Made by a program: the position numbers and the translations under genes. From Dehalococcoidia bacterium (lineage in GTDB: Bacteria > Chloroflexota > Dehalococcoidia > Lucifugimonadales > CBDCYU01), in assembly GCA_965224345.1 (NCBI GenBank), contig CBDCYU010000003.1:1993748-2057747 (forward strand): a stretch of DNA of 64,000 nucleotides. The letters are read 5' to 3'. Below the pieces are notes generated by a model. It worked only from the letters and a program-made list of their open reading frames with translations, did no database searches and was not told the DNA's origin. Shown piece by piece: positions 19,467-28,248 of this stretch (position 1 is the stretch's first letter; every line of letters begins with the position of its first letter).

Positions 19467-20804
19467 CTAATCTTCGGCCTTGTCGCGTCCCTCGAACCAG
19501 AAGTATCCGTCCTCATCTCTCCGCGCCCGGTCTCCGCTGATGTACCACCCCTTGCGGAACCTGGCGTTGTAGCGGCCTTCATCGTCCCAATAGCCCCGGA
19601 ACATCGACGGCCAGCCGGGACGCACCGCCAGATGGCCCTGGACCGACGGGTCCATCACGACCTCGTAGTCGTCGTCCAAGACCGCAGCCTCGACGCCGGG
19701 TGTGGGCTGTCCCATCGAGCCGGCGGGGGCGTCCGCTCCGGGCTGGCCCGCGATAAGCACGGCTCCCGTCTCGGTCTGCGCCCAAGTGCTTCGCGGCGTC
19801 GAGCCGAAGACCCGTTCCGCCCAGTCAGCGGTTGCCTTGCCGGCGTGGCCGCCGACGGTGTAGAGAGAGCGGAGGCTCGATGTGTCGTACCGTTCCAGCA
19901 CCTCCTCGCCGCTCCCCATCAGCATGTCCAGCGCCGCGGGTGCAGTGTACCACACTGTCACCCTGTTCCTTCGGATAGCCTCGTACCATCCCTCCGGGTC
20001 GAAGCCGTCCTCGTAGACCAGCTGAGTGACGCCGTTGGTCCACGGCGCCAGCACCCCGCATGAGGTCCCGGTGACGAAGCCGGGGTCCGCCGTGCACCAG
20101 TAGACGTCGTCGTCCCTGAGACCCAGGACCAACCGGCCGTTGGAGCGGTGCTGGGCGACCGCCGCCTGGCAGTGAAGGACGCCCTTCGCCGCTCCCGCGC
20201 CGCCGGAGGTGTAGTGGAGCAGGGCATGGTCGTACTGGCTCATGGGCTCGACCTCGAAGTCGAGGGGAGACTTGCTCATCTCCTCGACGTAGCTCAGGTC
20301 CGCCATGTCCAGGGGGCCGAAGCCGCGGTCGGGCCTATCGGCCACCACGATGTGCTGGAGGTCCCACAGCTCCGGTATGTGCGGCGCTATCCGCCTGCGG
20401 AGATGAGGTTGGGCAACCAGCACCTTGCAGCGCGCCTGTTGCAGTCTGTGCTTGACCGCCTCCGGGGCGAGGCCTGAGAACAGGGGGGCTGCTATGGCGC
20501 CGGTCTTCAGCGTGCCCAGCAGGGCGACGTACAGCTCCGGGACCCGGGTCATGTAGGTGAAGACGGGGTCGCCTTTCCCGATGCCGAGGCTCATCAGCAC
20601 GTGGGCGAACTGGTTGGTCAGCCGCTTGAGCTGTCCGAAGGTGTAAGTCTCCCGCTCCCCCGACGCACCCTGCCACATCAGCGCCGTCTTGTCTCGGAGG
20701 CGGCCGTTGGCGTGTCGGTCGATGGCTTCGTGGGCGATGTTCAGGCGCCCGCCCGGGAGCCAGGCCAAGGCGCGGTACATCTCGTCCCAGGGGGATTCCG
20801 CCAA
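19467..20804 (-). CDS. Adenylate-forming (AMP-binding/acyl-CoA synthetase-like) enzyme, N-terminal domain only
   Basis: Motifs YTSGGAGAAKG, YWCTADPGFVTG and GDRARRDEDGYFWFEGR. The ORF stops right after the hinge GRxD, so the ~110-aa C-terminal subdomain is missing. The stop is 9 nt from the LLM ATG. Confidence 0.75.
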   Translation of the reverse strand: MAESPWDEMYRALAWLPGGRLNIAHEAIDRHANGRLRDKTALMWQGASGERETYTFGQLKRLTNQFAHVLMSLGIGKGDPVFTYMTRVPELYVALLGTLKTGAIAAPLFSGLAPEAVKHRLQQARCKVLVAQPHLRRRIAPHIPELWDLQHIVVADRPDRGFGPLDMADLSYVEEMSKSPLDFEVEPMSQYDHALLHYTSGGAGAAKGVLHCQAAVAQHRSNGRLVLGLRDDDVYWCTADPGFVTGTSCGVLAPWTNGVTQLVYEDGFDPEGWYEAIRRNRVTVWYTAPAALDMLMGSGEEVLERYDTSSLRSLYTVGGHAGKATADWAERVFGSTPRSTWAQTETGAVLIAGQPGADAPAGSMGQPTPGVEAAVLDDDYEVVMDPSVQGHLAVRPGWPSMFRGYWDDEGRYNARFRKGWYISGDRARRDEDGYFWFEGRDKAED

Positions 20805-20878
20805 CGATCACCTCTCGGCGGCAGTGTCGGAGCAGCCGCGGCGCCATTATACGATGGATCTGGGGTCGCAAAAAGTGA

Positions 20879-20907
20879 TTGACAGTGTTGGGGGCCGATG
20901 CTAGCAT
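20879..20907 (+). promoter_or_regulatory. Candidate promoter, distal copy
   Basis: TTGACA (20879-20884), 17-nt spacer, TAGCAT (20902-20907), inside repeat unit 1. Confidence 0.4.
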
Positions 20908-20947
20908 CGCTGTTATCGTTAGATGGATCTGGGGTCGCAAAAAGTGA

Positions 20948-20976
20948 TTGACAGTGTTGGGGGCCGATGCTAGCAT
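20948..20976 (+). promoter_or_regulatory. Candidate promoter, proximal copy, for the DUF1501 gene
   Basis: Identical TTGACA-17-TAGCAT inside repeat unit 2, 48 nt upstream of ATG 21024. Confidence 0.45.
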
Positions 20977-21023
20977 CGCTGTTATCGTTACGGGAAGGGA
21001 AGCCTCAGCTGAGGTTCGAAGCT

Positions 21024-22175
21024 ATGGCAGGTAACGGAAAGCCTCCGGTTCTGGTGGTCGTACAGCTCTCGGGCGGCAACGACTTCATGAACACCATCGT
21101 CCCCTACGCCAGCCCCGTCTACCACGACGTGAGGAAGAAGATCAAGGTCGAGCAGGACGAGGTGCTGCCCATCGACGACTCCATCGGGTTCAACCCCAAC
21201 CTGGCGCCCCTCAAGGAGATGTACGACGCGGGCGACGTGGCTATCGTACAGGGCATCGGCTTCCCGGACTCCGACCGGTCCCACTTCCGCGCCATGGATA
21301 TCTGGCACACCTGCGAGCCCAGGAGGATCGTGCTGGAGGGTTGGCTGGGCAAGACGATTCGGGAGCTGGACCCCAACAAGGAGAACGTGCTCACGGGCGT
21401 CAACATCGGCCGCGGGCTTCCGAGGGCGTTGACCGCCGCCGGCGTCCCGGTGGCATCGGTGGGCGACCTGGACAGCTTTGGACTCATGACCGGCATCTCC
21501 GAGGAGGCAGAGCGCACGGAGGCCTTGGACGTCTTCAAGGAGATGTACAGCCCGGCCATCGGATCAGGGCCCGTCATGGAGTTCTTGGCCAACACCGGGG
21601 AGGACGTGCTGAGAGGCCAGGACATGCTGGCGGAGGTGCCGGGCAGGTACAGCTCGGACGTGGAGTACGCTGACAACGCTTTCGCCAAGAGCCTCCGCGA
21701 CGTCGCCCGCGTGCACCTGGCCGACGTCGGGGCACGGGTCCTCTACACCTCCCAGGGCGGCTACGACACCCACGCCAACGAGATGCCGCTACATCCCCCA
21801 CTGCTGCGGGACCTGTCCCGGGGCATCATGGACTTCTTCCAGGACCTCAGGGACCACCAGGCCTCGGAGGAGGTCGTGATGATGGTCTTCACCGAGTTCG
21901 GGCGCAGAATGCACGACAACGGCAGCGGCACCGACCACGGCACCGGCGGGGGCGCCTTCATCATCGGCGACAGGGTGATGGGCGGCCTCTACTCGGAGTA
22001 CCCGTCGATGAAGCGGGAGCGGTGGGCCCGGGGCGAGGACCTCGAGCACACCTACGACTTCCGCGGCTTGTACTCGACCGTCCTCCAGCAGTGGTTGGGA
22101 GTAGAGGCGGCACCCATCGTCAACGGCGCCTTCGAGCAGATCGAGCCGTTCGTCGCCACCGGCCGAGCCGGCTAG
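21024..22175 (+). CDS. DUF1501 (sulfatase/alkaline-phosphatase-like) protein, no Tat signal
   Basis: MAGNGKPPVLVVVQLSGGNDFMNTIVPY...GIGFPDSDRSHFRAMDIWHT...GWLGK...GTDHGTGG are typical DUF1501 blocks. GAGG SD before ATG 21024. Confidence 0.82.
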   Translation: MAGNGKPPVLVVVQLSGGNDFMNTIVPYASPVYHDVRKKIKVEQDEVLPIDDSIGFNPNLAPLKEMYDAGDVAIVQGIGFPDSDRSHFRAMDIWHTCEPRRIVLEGWLGKTIRELDPNKENVLTGVNIGRGLPRALTAAGVPVASVGDLDSFGLMTGISEEAERTEALDVFKEMYSPAIGSGPVMEFLANTGEDVLRGQDMLAEVPGRYSSDVEYADNAFAKSLRDVARVHLADVGARVLYTSQGGYDTHANEMPLHPPLLRDLSRGIMDFFQDLRDHQASEEVVMMVFTEFGRRMHDNGSGTDHGTGGGAFIIGDRVMGGLYSEYPSMKRERWARGEDLEHTYDFRGLYSTVLQQWLGVEAAPIVNGAFEQIEPFVATGRAG

Positions 22176-22334
22176 AGGGCCTCACTCTCCCCAAGTTCGA
22201 GGCTGTCCTGAAGTCCCACTCAAGCCCAGTGGGAGGGGAGCGCTTGCGGCACTAGCACGCCCCGAATGTCGAGGGCACGTTGCGCCGCCGCCCAGGTTGG
22301 CACAGGGAGAGACGACAGTGAACGTAGGCATCTG

Positions 22335-24059
22335 ATGCTTACCAATCTCACCATTCGCAACTTCAAGGCGCTTGGAGAAGTCGACATAGAGTTGGGAAGC
22401 CCAGTAGTCTTCATCGGGCCCAACAACTCCGGTAAGACATCGGCCATGCAAGCCCTGGCGCTCTGGGACATCGGGCTGAAGCGCTGGAACGAAAGGCGGT
22501 TTCGCAACAGCACGCCGGAGAGGCGCCCCGGCGTCACCGTCAATCGCCGCGACCTCGTTGCCATACCTGTGCCGAATGCACGTCTGCTATGGAATGGCCT
22601 CCACGTGCGGAACATAGTGAGGAATAACGGGCAAACTACCCAGAACATCAGGGTCGAAATCGTAGTAGAGGGAGTTACCCACAGCGAAGCATGGAAATGT
22701 GGGCTGGAGTTCGACTACGCCAACGAGGAGTCCTTCTATTGTCGCCCGCTCAGGCTCAGCGAAGGCCGTGTCCCACCCAGAATGCCCATCCCGGAGAAGG
22801 CCGCGGGGGTGAGAATAGCGTTCCTTCCTCCCATGTCGGGTCTCGCGGCAACGGAGACGCGCCTAGACGCGGGGGCGGTGAACGTGCGAATCGGCGAGGG
22901 GCGCACGGCCGAGGTGCTCCGCAATCTCTGTTCTCGCATCGAGTCGGAGCGCCCCGATCAGTGGGATAGGCTCGTATCCCAGATACGCGCCCTGTTCGGG
23001 GCCGAGCTCGGTACTCCCCAGTACGTCGCTGAGCGGGGGGAGATCGTCATGAGCTACAGGGAGAAAGGCGTAAGGCTGGACCTCTCTTCCAGCGGGAGGG
23101 GCTTGCAGCAGACCCTGCTCATACTAGCATACATGTACGCCAACCCAGGCACCGTCCTCCTGCTGGACGAGCCCGACGCTCATCTTGAGATACTCCGCCA
23201 GCGCCAGATATATCGACTGATAACGGAAGTTGCTTCAGAGAGCGGCAGTCAGATGATCGCGGCAAGCCACTCTGAGATACTCCTGAACGAGGCTGCCGAC
23301 AGAGACATGGTGATTGCCTTCGTTGGGAGACCGCATCGAATCGATGACCGCGGAAGCCAGGTCAGAAAGTCCCTCATAGACATCGGGTTCGACCACTACT
23401 ACCAAGCTGAACAGACCGGATGGGTGCTCTATCTGGAGGGCTCTACGGACCTAGCGGTCCTGCAGGCCTTCGCTCGGCGACTGGAGCACGAGAGGGCCAT
23501 CGAGGCTCTCGAGAGCCCCTTCATTCACTATGTCGGGAATCAACCGCCAAAGGTGCTTGACCATTACTTTGGCCTGAGGGAGGCGCTCCCTAAGCTACGT
23601 GGCATAGCTATCCTCGACAGATTGGAGATCGCCCCTCCTGATAGCGGCCCCCTGGAGCTCTTGACCTGGGAGCGGCGTGAAATCGAGAGCTACTTCTGTT
23701 CCCGGCGTACCCTCGAAAACTATGCGCGGGCGTTGGCAGAGTCCGAAACGCCGGGGGCCCTATTTGCGCCGCTCGAAGTGAAGAGACGCTTGGAGGTGAT
23801 GCATGGGGCTATCCGGGATGTCGAAGACGCGATGGAAACCCTGGGTAGAGGCTCCCCTTGGCAGGGCGACGCTAAGGTAAGCGATGAGTTCCTGGCTCCC
23901 CTTTTTAGGACCTACTTCCGAGAGCTCGGCCTGCCGAATCTGATGAATAAGAAGGACTTCTACGAGCTGGTCAGACATGTCCCTGACGATGAGATCGAGC
24001 CCGACATTAGCGCAAAGCTAGACGCCATCGCGCGGGCCGCGGACAGCGCCGAACCCTGA
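22335..24059 (+). CDS. ABC/OLD-type AAA ATPase fused to a Toprim/DUF4435-like C-terminal module (defence candidate)
   Basis: N-terminus: LTIRNFKALGEVDIELGSPVVFIGPNNSGKTS (Walker A), SSSGRGLQQ, LLLDEPDAHLE (Walker B), ASHSE. C-terminus: WVLYLEGSTDLAVLQAF, GIAILDRLE, TWERREIESYF. GC looks lower than the flanks. Confidence 0.6.
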   Translation: MLTNLTIRNFKALGEVDIELGSPVVFIGPNNSGKTSAMQALALWDIGLKRWNERRFRNSTPERRPGVTVNRRDLVAIPVPNARLLWNGLHVRNIVRNNGQTTQNIRVEIVVEGVTHSEAWKCGLEFDYANEESFYCRPLRLSEGRVPPRMPIPEKAAGVRIAFLPPMSGLAATETRLDAGAVNVRIGEGRTAEVLRNLCSRIESERPDQWDRLVSQIRALFGAELGTPQYVAERGEIVMSYREKGVRLDLSSSGRGLQQTLLILAYMYANPGTVLLLDEPDAHLEILRQRQIYRLITEVASESGSQMIAASHSEILLNEAADRDMVIAFVGRPHRIDDRGSQVRKSLIDIGFDHYYQAEQTGWVLYLEGSTDLAVLQAFARRLEHERAIEALESPFIHYVGNQPPKVLDHYFGLREALPKLRGIAILDRLEIAPPDSGPLELLTWERREIESYFCSRRTLENYARALAESETPGALFAPLEVKRRLEVMHGAIRDVEDAMETLGRGSPWQGDAKVSDEFLAPLFRTYFRELGLPNLMNKKDFYELVRHVPDDEIEPDISAKLDAIARAADSAEP

Positions 24060-24066
24060 GGCTGCG

Positions 24067-25143
24067 TCAGGCAGGGGCCGGCACCTCTACCGCGATGGAG
24101 TGGACGGAGTTGTTGGCGTAACCGCGGAAGTTCCAGGGAACCTTGATGGGCTGGGTGTTGCCCGCGGAGTCCGTTGCCCTGGACATGAGCACGAAGTGGC
24201 CCGAGGTCGCCGCGTCCCACCGGAGCCTCCACCGCCTCCAGGCGCCCGGTGCCTCGGGGCCGAAGAGCTCGGCCTCCCGCCAGCTCTCTCCCCCGTCGAT
24301 GCTCAACTCCACCCTCGCTATCGGACCCTCCCCGGACCAGGCGGCTCCCTCGACCGTGTACCCTCCACGCCTCACGACCTCGCCGTGCCGGGGCGTGGTT
24401 ATCAGCGACTTCACCTTCAGCGACGTCACCGGCTCCCATCGAGCCTGGGCCTCTCCGCTGGGGATGTAGACGTAGCGGCGGCTCTGGAAGAAGCCCTCGA
24501 AGGGCTCCGCCAGCAGGGTGAGCCGGCGCAGCCACTTCACGGAGGCCATGCCGTACCAGCCGGGGACGACCAGCCGGAGCGGATAGCCGTGAACGGGCCG
24601 AAGGGGCTCCCCGTTCATCCGGTAGGCCACGAGGGTGTCGCGGTGCATCGCCTTCTCCAGGGGGAGGCTCCTGGCGAACCTGACCTCCACCGTCTCTCCT
24701 TCCTCTTCCTCCTCGCCCACGTCGGCCCCCTCGCAGAGCACCTCCACGGCCCCCCGCTTGGGCCCCGCCTTGGAGAGCAGGTCCCTCAGGGAGACGCCGG
24801 TCCACTCCGCGTTGCCCACCGCACCGTGGAGGAAGCCGATCCCCTCCGCCGGAGGCGTCATGTACGACCGGCTGTTGCCCGCGCACTCCAGGGTTATCGC
24901 CATCGACCTGCCGGGCATCGACGCCAAGTCCTGCAGGCTCAGATCCAGGGGATGGTCCACCTCGCCGTCGACGATGAGCCGCCAGGCGGCGTCTCCCTGG
25001 GGAATATCCGAGAAGTGACTCCGGCCGTAGAAACGCTCCGTCGGCGTGGTCCACGAGTCCAGGCTAGGCAGCAGCGCCTCCCTGGCGTCGGGGTTTTTCG
25101 AGACGACCCTCCGGTGGCTGGCTTCTCCCCTGTTGGATGCCAT
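24067..25143 (-). CDS. Sulfite oxidase-family molybdopterin oxidoreductase
   Basis: ITLECAGNSR (MoCo-binding Cys), HGYPLRLVVPGWYGMASVKWL, and a C-terminal Ig-like dimerisation domain. No signal peptide. Confidence 0.85.
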   Translation of the reverse strand: MASNRGEASHRRVVSKNPDAREALLPSLDSWTTPTERFYGRSHFSDIPQGDAAWRLIVDGEVDHPLDLSLQDLASMPGRSMAITLECAGNSRSYMTPPAEGIGFLHGAVGNAEWTGVSLRDLLSKAGPKRGAVEVLCEGADVGEEEEEGETVEVRFARSLPLEKAMHRDTLVAYRMNGEPLRPVHGYPLRLVVPGWYGMASVKWLRRLTLLAEPFEGFFQSRRYVYIPSGEAQARWEPVTSLKVKSLITTPRHGEVVRRGGYTVEGAAWSGEGPIARVELSIDGGESWREAELFGPEAPGAWRRWRLRWDAATSGHFVLMSRATDSAGNTQPIKVPWNFRGYANNSVHSIAVEVPAPA

Positions 25144-25144
25144 A

Positions 25145-25882
25145 TCACATGTCCCTCCGCATCAAGCTGAAGGTCTGGCCCGTGGGGCCCACGTCGGGCT
25201 GGGTCGCCAGGAACAGCGCCATGGGCACGAGGTCCTCCGGCTGCTTCACCCACTCGCTATCGATGCCGAAGACCGATCCGGGCCTGCCGGCCGACCCCCT
25301 TGCCATCTCGGTCAGCACCGGTCCCGGGACCAGCTCGTTCACGCTGATGTTGTGCTCCCATAGCTCCTGGGCGAGGATGCGCGTGAGCATCCACAGGGCA
25401 GCCTTGGAGGCGCCGTAGGCCGACCCTCCCACTCGGCCCCGGTGGCCGTTGCCGGAGCCGATAGTGATGACCTTCCCTGCGCCTCGACGCTTGAGGTGCG
25501 GGATGGTCGCCCTGACGCAGTAGTAGGCCCCCATCAGATTGACGTCTATCGTTGCGCGCCAGTCGGCGACGTCGCTCTCCTCCACCTTCCGGCCACGGTC
25601 GAGGCTGGCGCCGGCGTTCACCACCAGGATGTCCAGGCCTCCGAGCTCGTCGACCGCCGTCTGGACCATCCTGTCGACGGAGTCCCAGTCGGTCACGTCT
25701 GCCTCGATGGCCAGCCCCTTGCCGTTGCCCTCGTCGATACGCCGAGCCGTATCCCGGATCTCGTCGACGGTGCGGGCTGCGCAGCAGACGGAGGCTCCCT
25801 CTTGGCCGTACGCCAAGGCGATGGCCCTCCCAATCCCGCGGCCTGCGCCCGTTACGATAGCTACCTTCCCTTCCAGCTGCAT
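25145..25882 (-). CDS. SDR-family oxidoreductase
   Basis: TGAGRGIG cofactor motif, NAG, and YGASKAAL catalytic motif. 245 aa. Confidence 0.88.
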   Translation of the reverse strand: MQLEGKVAIVTGAGRGIGRAIALAYGQEGASVCCAARTVDEIRDTARRIDEGNGKGLAIEADVTDWDSVDRMVQTAVDELGGLDILVVNAGASLDRGRKVEESDVADWRATIDVNLMGAYYCVRATIPHLKRRGAGKVITIGSGNGHRGRVGGSAYGASKAALWMLTRILAQELWEHNISVNELVPGPVLTEMARGSAGRPGSVFGIDSEWVKQPEDLVPMALFLATQPDVGPTGQTFSLMRRDM

Positions 25883-25898
25883 GGCCCTTCCTCTTGCC

Positions 25899-26650
25899 CT
25901 ACTCGTCCATCTCGCCGCGAATCAGTGATCTGACCAGGGGCAGAACGTCAGACGCGACCCGTCGGCACTCCTCGACGTGAGGGTAGCCCGACAGGATGAA
26001 CTCGTCCCTATCCACATCAGGTAGACGTCCGACTGGCGGCCCGCCAGCGCCAGGGCCCTATCGGACGCGCCGCCCAAGTAGAACCTCGGTCCGTCCCCAC
26101 CGGGGCTGGGAGAACACACGGCGCCGTTCAGATTGACGTACTCGCCCTGAAAGGTCACCGGCCCCGGGGAGCGCCACAGCGCGCGGCAGGCGCCGATGAA
26201 CTCCTCGAACCTGGCGTAGCGGTCGCCGTGGCTGCTGGCGTCTCCCATCCGCTCGTAGTCGCCCTGAATGCCGCCGGGGACGACGTTGATATCGAGCCTG
26301 CCGCCGGTTATCTCGTCCAGCGTGGCTGCCATCTGTGCGAACAGCCCCGTAGAGATAAAGCCGGGGCGGACCGCGACCAGGAAGCGTATCCTGTCGGTGA
26401 CGGCCCCCAGCGCCGTCACCGTAGTCCACGTTTCGGCCAGCGGGGCGCCCTCGTCGAAGAGCCCGTTAGTGAACCTCGTCGGGATCAGAAGCGAGTTGAA
26501 GCCCAGCTCCTCCGCCGTCTCCACCACCCGTCTCAGATACTCGAAGGTCGGCGGCCTCTCGGCCCGATGCGTACCGATGTGAGCGCCGTCTCCGTCGATG
26601 GGTATGAACCAGTCGAACAGGGGATCAGGCCTCTGGGAGGAACCGGCCAC
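25899..26650 (-). pseudogene. LLM-class flavin oxidoreductase with internal deletion and frameshift
   Basis: About 213 aa of good LLM sequence (FDWFIPIDGDGAHIG...RQSDVYLMW) runs directly into the family C-terminus DRDEFILSGYPHVEECRRVASDVLPLVRSL in another frame (stop 25899-25901). About 80-100 aa of the middle are missing. Confidence 0.6.
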
Positions 26651-26810
26651 GTGTGAGTACCTCGGGAAGCTGCTGCCTGGGTAGGCTCAGCCTTGGTGGT
26701 GGTAGTCAGCCAATGTTCGGAACGTGATCCCTTCACGATGGCTGGCACAATGGACGAAAGCTATACGAAAAAATCGGAACCGTCAAGAGAACGATTGGCA
26801 CGTCGCCTTA

Positions 26811-28079
26811 TCACGCCGCCGGACCCTCGCGCCGACGATCCAGGAGGGCGTAGATGGCCTGCGGAGGCGCCAATAGAGCGGCCACAGCCACGAGGGCCGT
26901 GCGGACGGTCACGGCTGTCGCCAACACTCCCATCGCCGGACCGGTCGCTGTCTGGCCCAAGGCGTCAGCCTGGGCCCTCATGGAGAAGACGGTGGCCCGG
27001 ACTCTTGACTCCAGCTGCGAGCTGGTCCAGGCCTCGCCAATCGGTCCGCCGACTCTCAGGGCGAGTCGATACGCCAGGTAGGCCGCGATGGCCACTCCGA
27101 AGCTTCCGGTAAGGGCGAGCACCAGGGTGCTGGCGATGGCGCATGCGTTCAGCACGGAGAGAAGCCGCACGGCGGCCTGCGAGTCGTCTACGTCGACGGT
27201 GCGGCGCACGGCTTCCATGGCGACGACTCCGAGCAGCAGGGCCGCGGCGTCGATGAGCCCCCACCACGCTACCGGCTCCAGGAGCGGCAGCTCGGGCAGG
27301 CTGAAGTCGGCGATAGTCAGCAGATGCAAGTTCCAGAACCGGTCGATGGGCTCGCTGGATGCGCCGTAGAAGAGGCCGATGGCGAGAATGGCAACCAGCG
27401 TCGGCCGGCGCCGAACGATCCTCGCGCCGGCGGCGAAGGTCCGGGCCGTCGCCGCCCACGACGTTACGTCGCCCCGGGCCGCCGGCCGGAAGCCCTCCTC
27501 AGGCATGGTGAGGGCCATGACCAGCCCCAGCACGATGTAGATCGAGCCACCCGCGACCAGGGGAAGGGCCAGGTCTGGTACGGGAAGGCCAACGTATCCG
27601 CTGGCGAGGGCTACGCCCGCCGCGATGCCGACGATGCTCCCTATCTGAGCGGCCTGCGACCCCCTGAGAAATACCCGCCCTACCCGACCGGCGCCGATCT
27701 CGTCCGCAATCCAGGCCTGCCTCGCCCCGGAATCGAACGTCGAGCCGACTCCCCAGAGGACCTGGGCGACGAGGATCACTCCGAACATAGGGAACAGGCC
27801 CTCGATGATGAACCCGGCGCCGACGAGGAATGTGCCGACGATCACGGAAAGCCGCCTGCCGTAGACGTCTGCGACAACACCGGTGGGAACCTCAAACAGG
27901 AAGGCCGAGACCTCCAGCACGGTGCCGACGAGGATGAGCTCCAGCGGATTGAGACCGGCCTCCACGATGCGGTACACGGAGGCCACGACCGCGTACATGG
28001 CGAACGCGGCGGCTCCGAAGCCCTGGACAACCAGGTAGACGGGCGCCGCCTCGAGTCTCCGAATCCGAACGACAGCCAT
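26811..28079 (-). CDS. MFS transporter
   Basis: 422 aa with about 12 predicted TM helices. GVVADVYGRRLS motif in loop 2-3. Confidence 0.85.
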   Translation of the reverse strand: MAVVRIRRLEAAPVYLVVQGFGAAAFAMYAVVASVYRIVEAGLNPLELILVGTVLEVSAFLFEVPTGVVADVYGRRLSVIVGTFLVGAGFIIEGLFPMFGVILVAQVLWGVGSTFDSGARQAWIADEIGAGRVGRVFLRGSQAAQIGSIVGIAAGVALASGYVGLPVPDLALPLVAGGSIYIVLGLVMALTMPEEGFRPAARGDVTSWAATARTFAAGARIVRRRPTLVAILAIGLFYGASSEPIDRFWNLHLLTIADFSLPELPLLEPVAWWGLIDAAALLLGVVAMEAVRRTVDVDDSQAAVRLLSVLNACAIASTLVLALTGSFGVAIAAYLAYRLALRVGGPIGEAWTSSQLESRVRATVFSMRAQADALGQTATGPAMGVLATAVTVRTALVAVAALLAPPQAIYALLDRRREGPAA

Positions 28080-28105
28080 TGGGTTATGCTACAAGAGCAA
28101 CCAGG

Positions 28106-28132
28106 AGAGGGCGACCCGTCGGGTCGCCCTCT
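28106..28132. repeat. Perfect 12-bp-arm palindrome in the MFS/ADH divergent region
   Basis: AGAGGGCGACCC gtc GGGTCGCCCTCT, 27 nt upstream of the MFS start codon. Confidence 0.8.
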
Positions 28133-28227
28133 AAAAGAAGATCGAGTGGGGGGCTACCAGTGAGCAGGCTCCTAGACAGAACTGCCCAGCTTCTGGTTTC
28201 ATTGTAGCCGGTATGATGGACGGGCGG

Positions 28228-28248
28228 CCAGACAGTAGGACTGTCTGG
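28228..28248. repeat. Perfect 9-bp-arm palindrome upstream of the ADH gene
   Basis: CCAGACAGT agg ACTGTCTGG, 57 nt upstream of ATG 28305. Confidence 0.8.

Larger units (their letters stand above)
20853..20990. repeat. Perfect tandem duplication, 2 x 69 bp
   Basis: Unit GATGGATCTGGGGTCGCAAAAAGTGATTGACAGTGTTGGGGGCCGATGCTAGCATCGCTGTTATCGTTA occurs at 20853-20921 and 20922-20990. All 69 positions are identical by eye. Confidence 0.95.

Noticed and set aside
20853-20990. Possible CRISPR array or other spaced repeats
   Set aside because: Only two directly abutting 69-bp units with no spacers, and no cas genes in the window. Other periodicities (55300-55500, 56500-57270) are coding LRR and RCC1 repeats.
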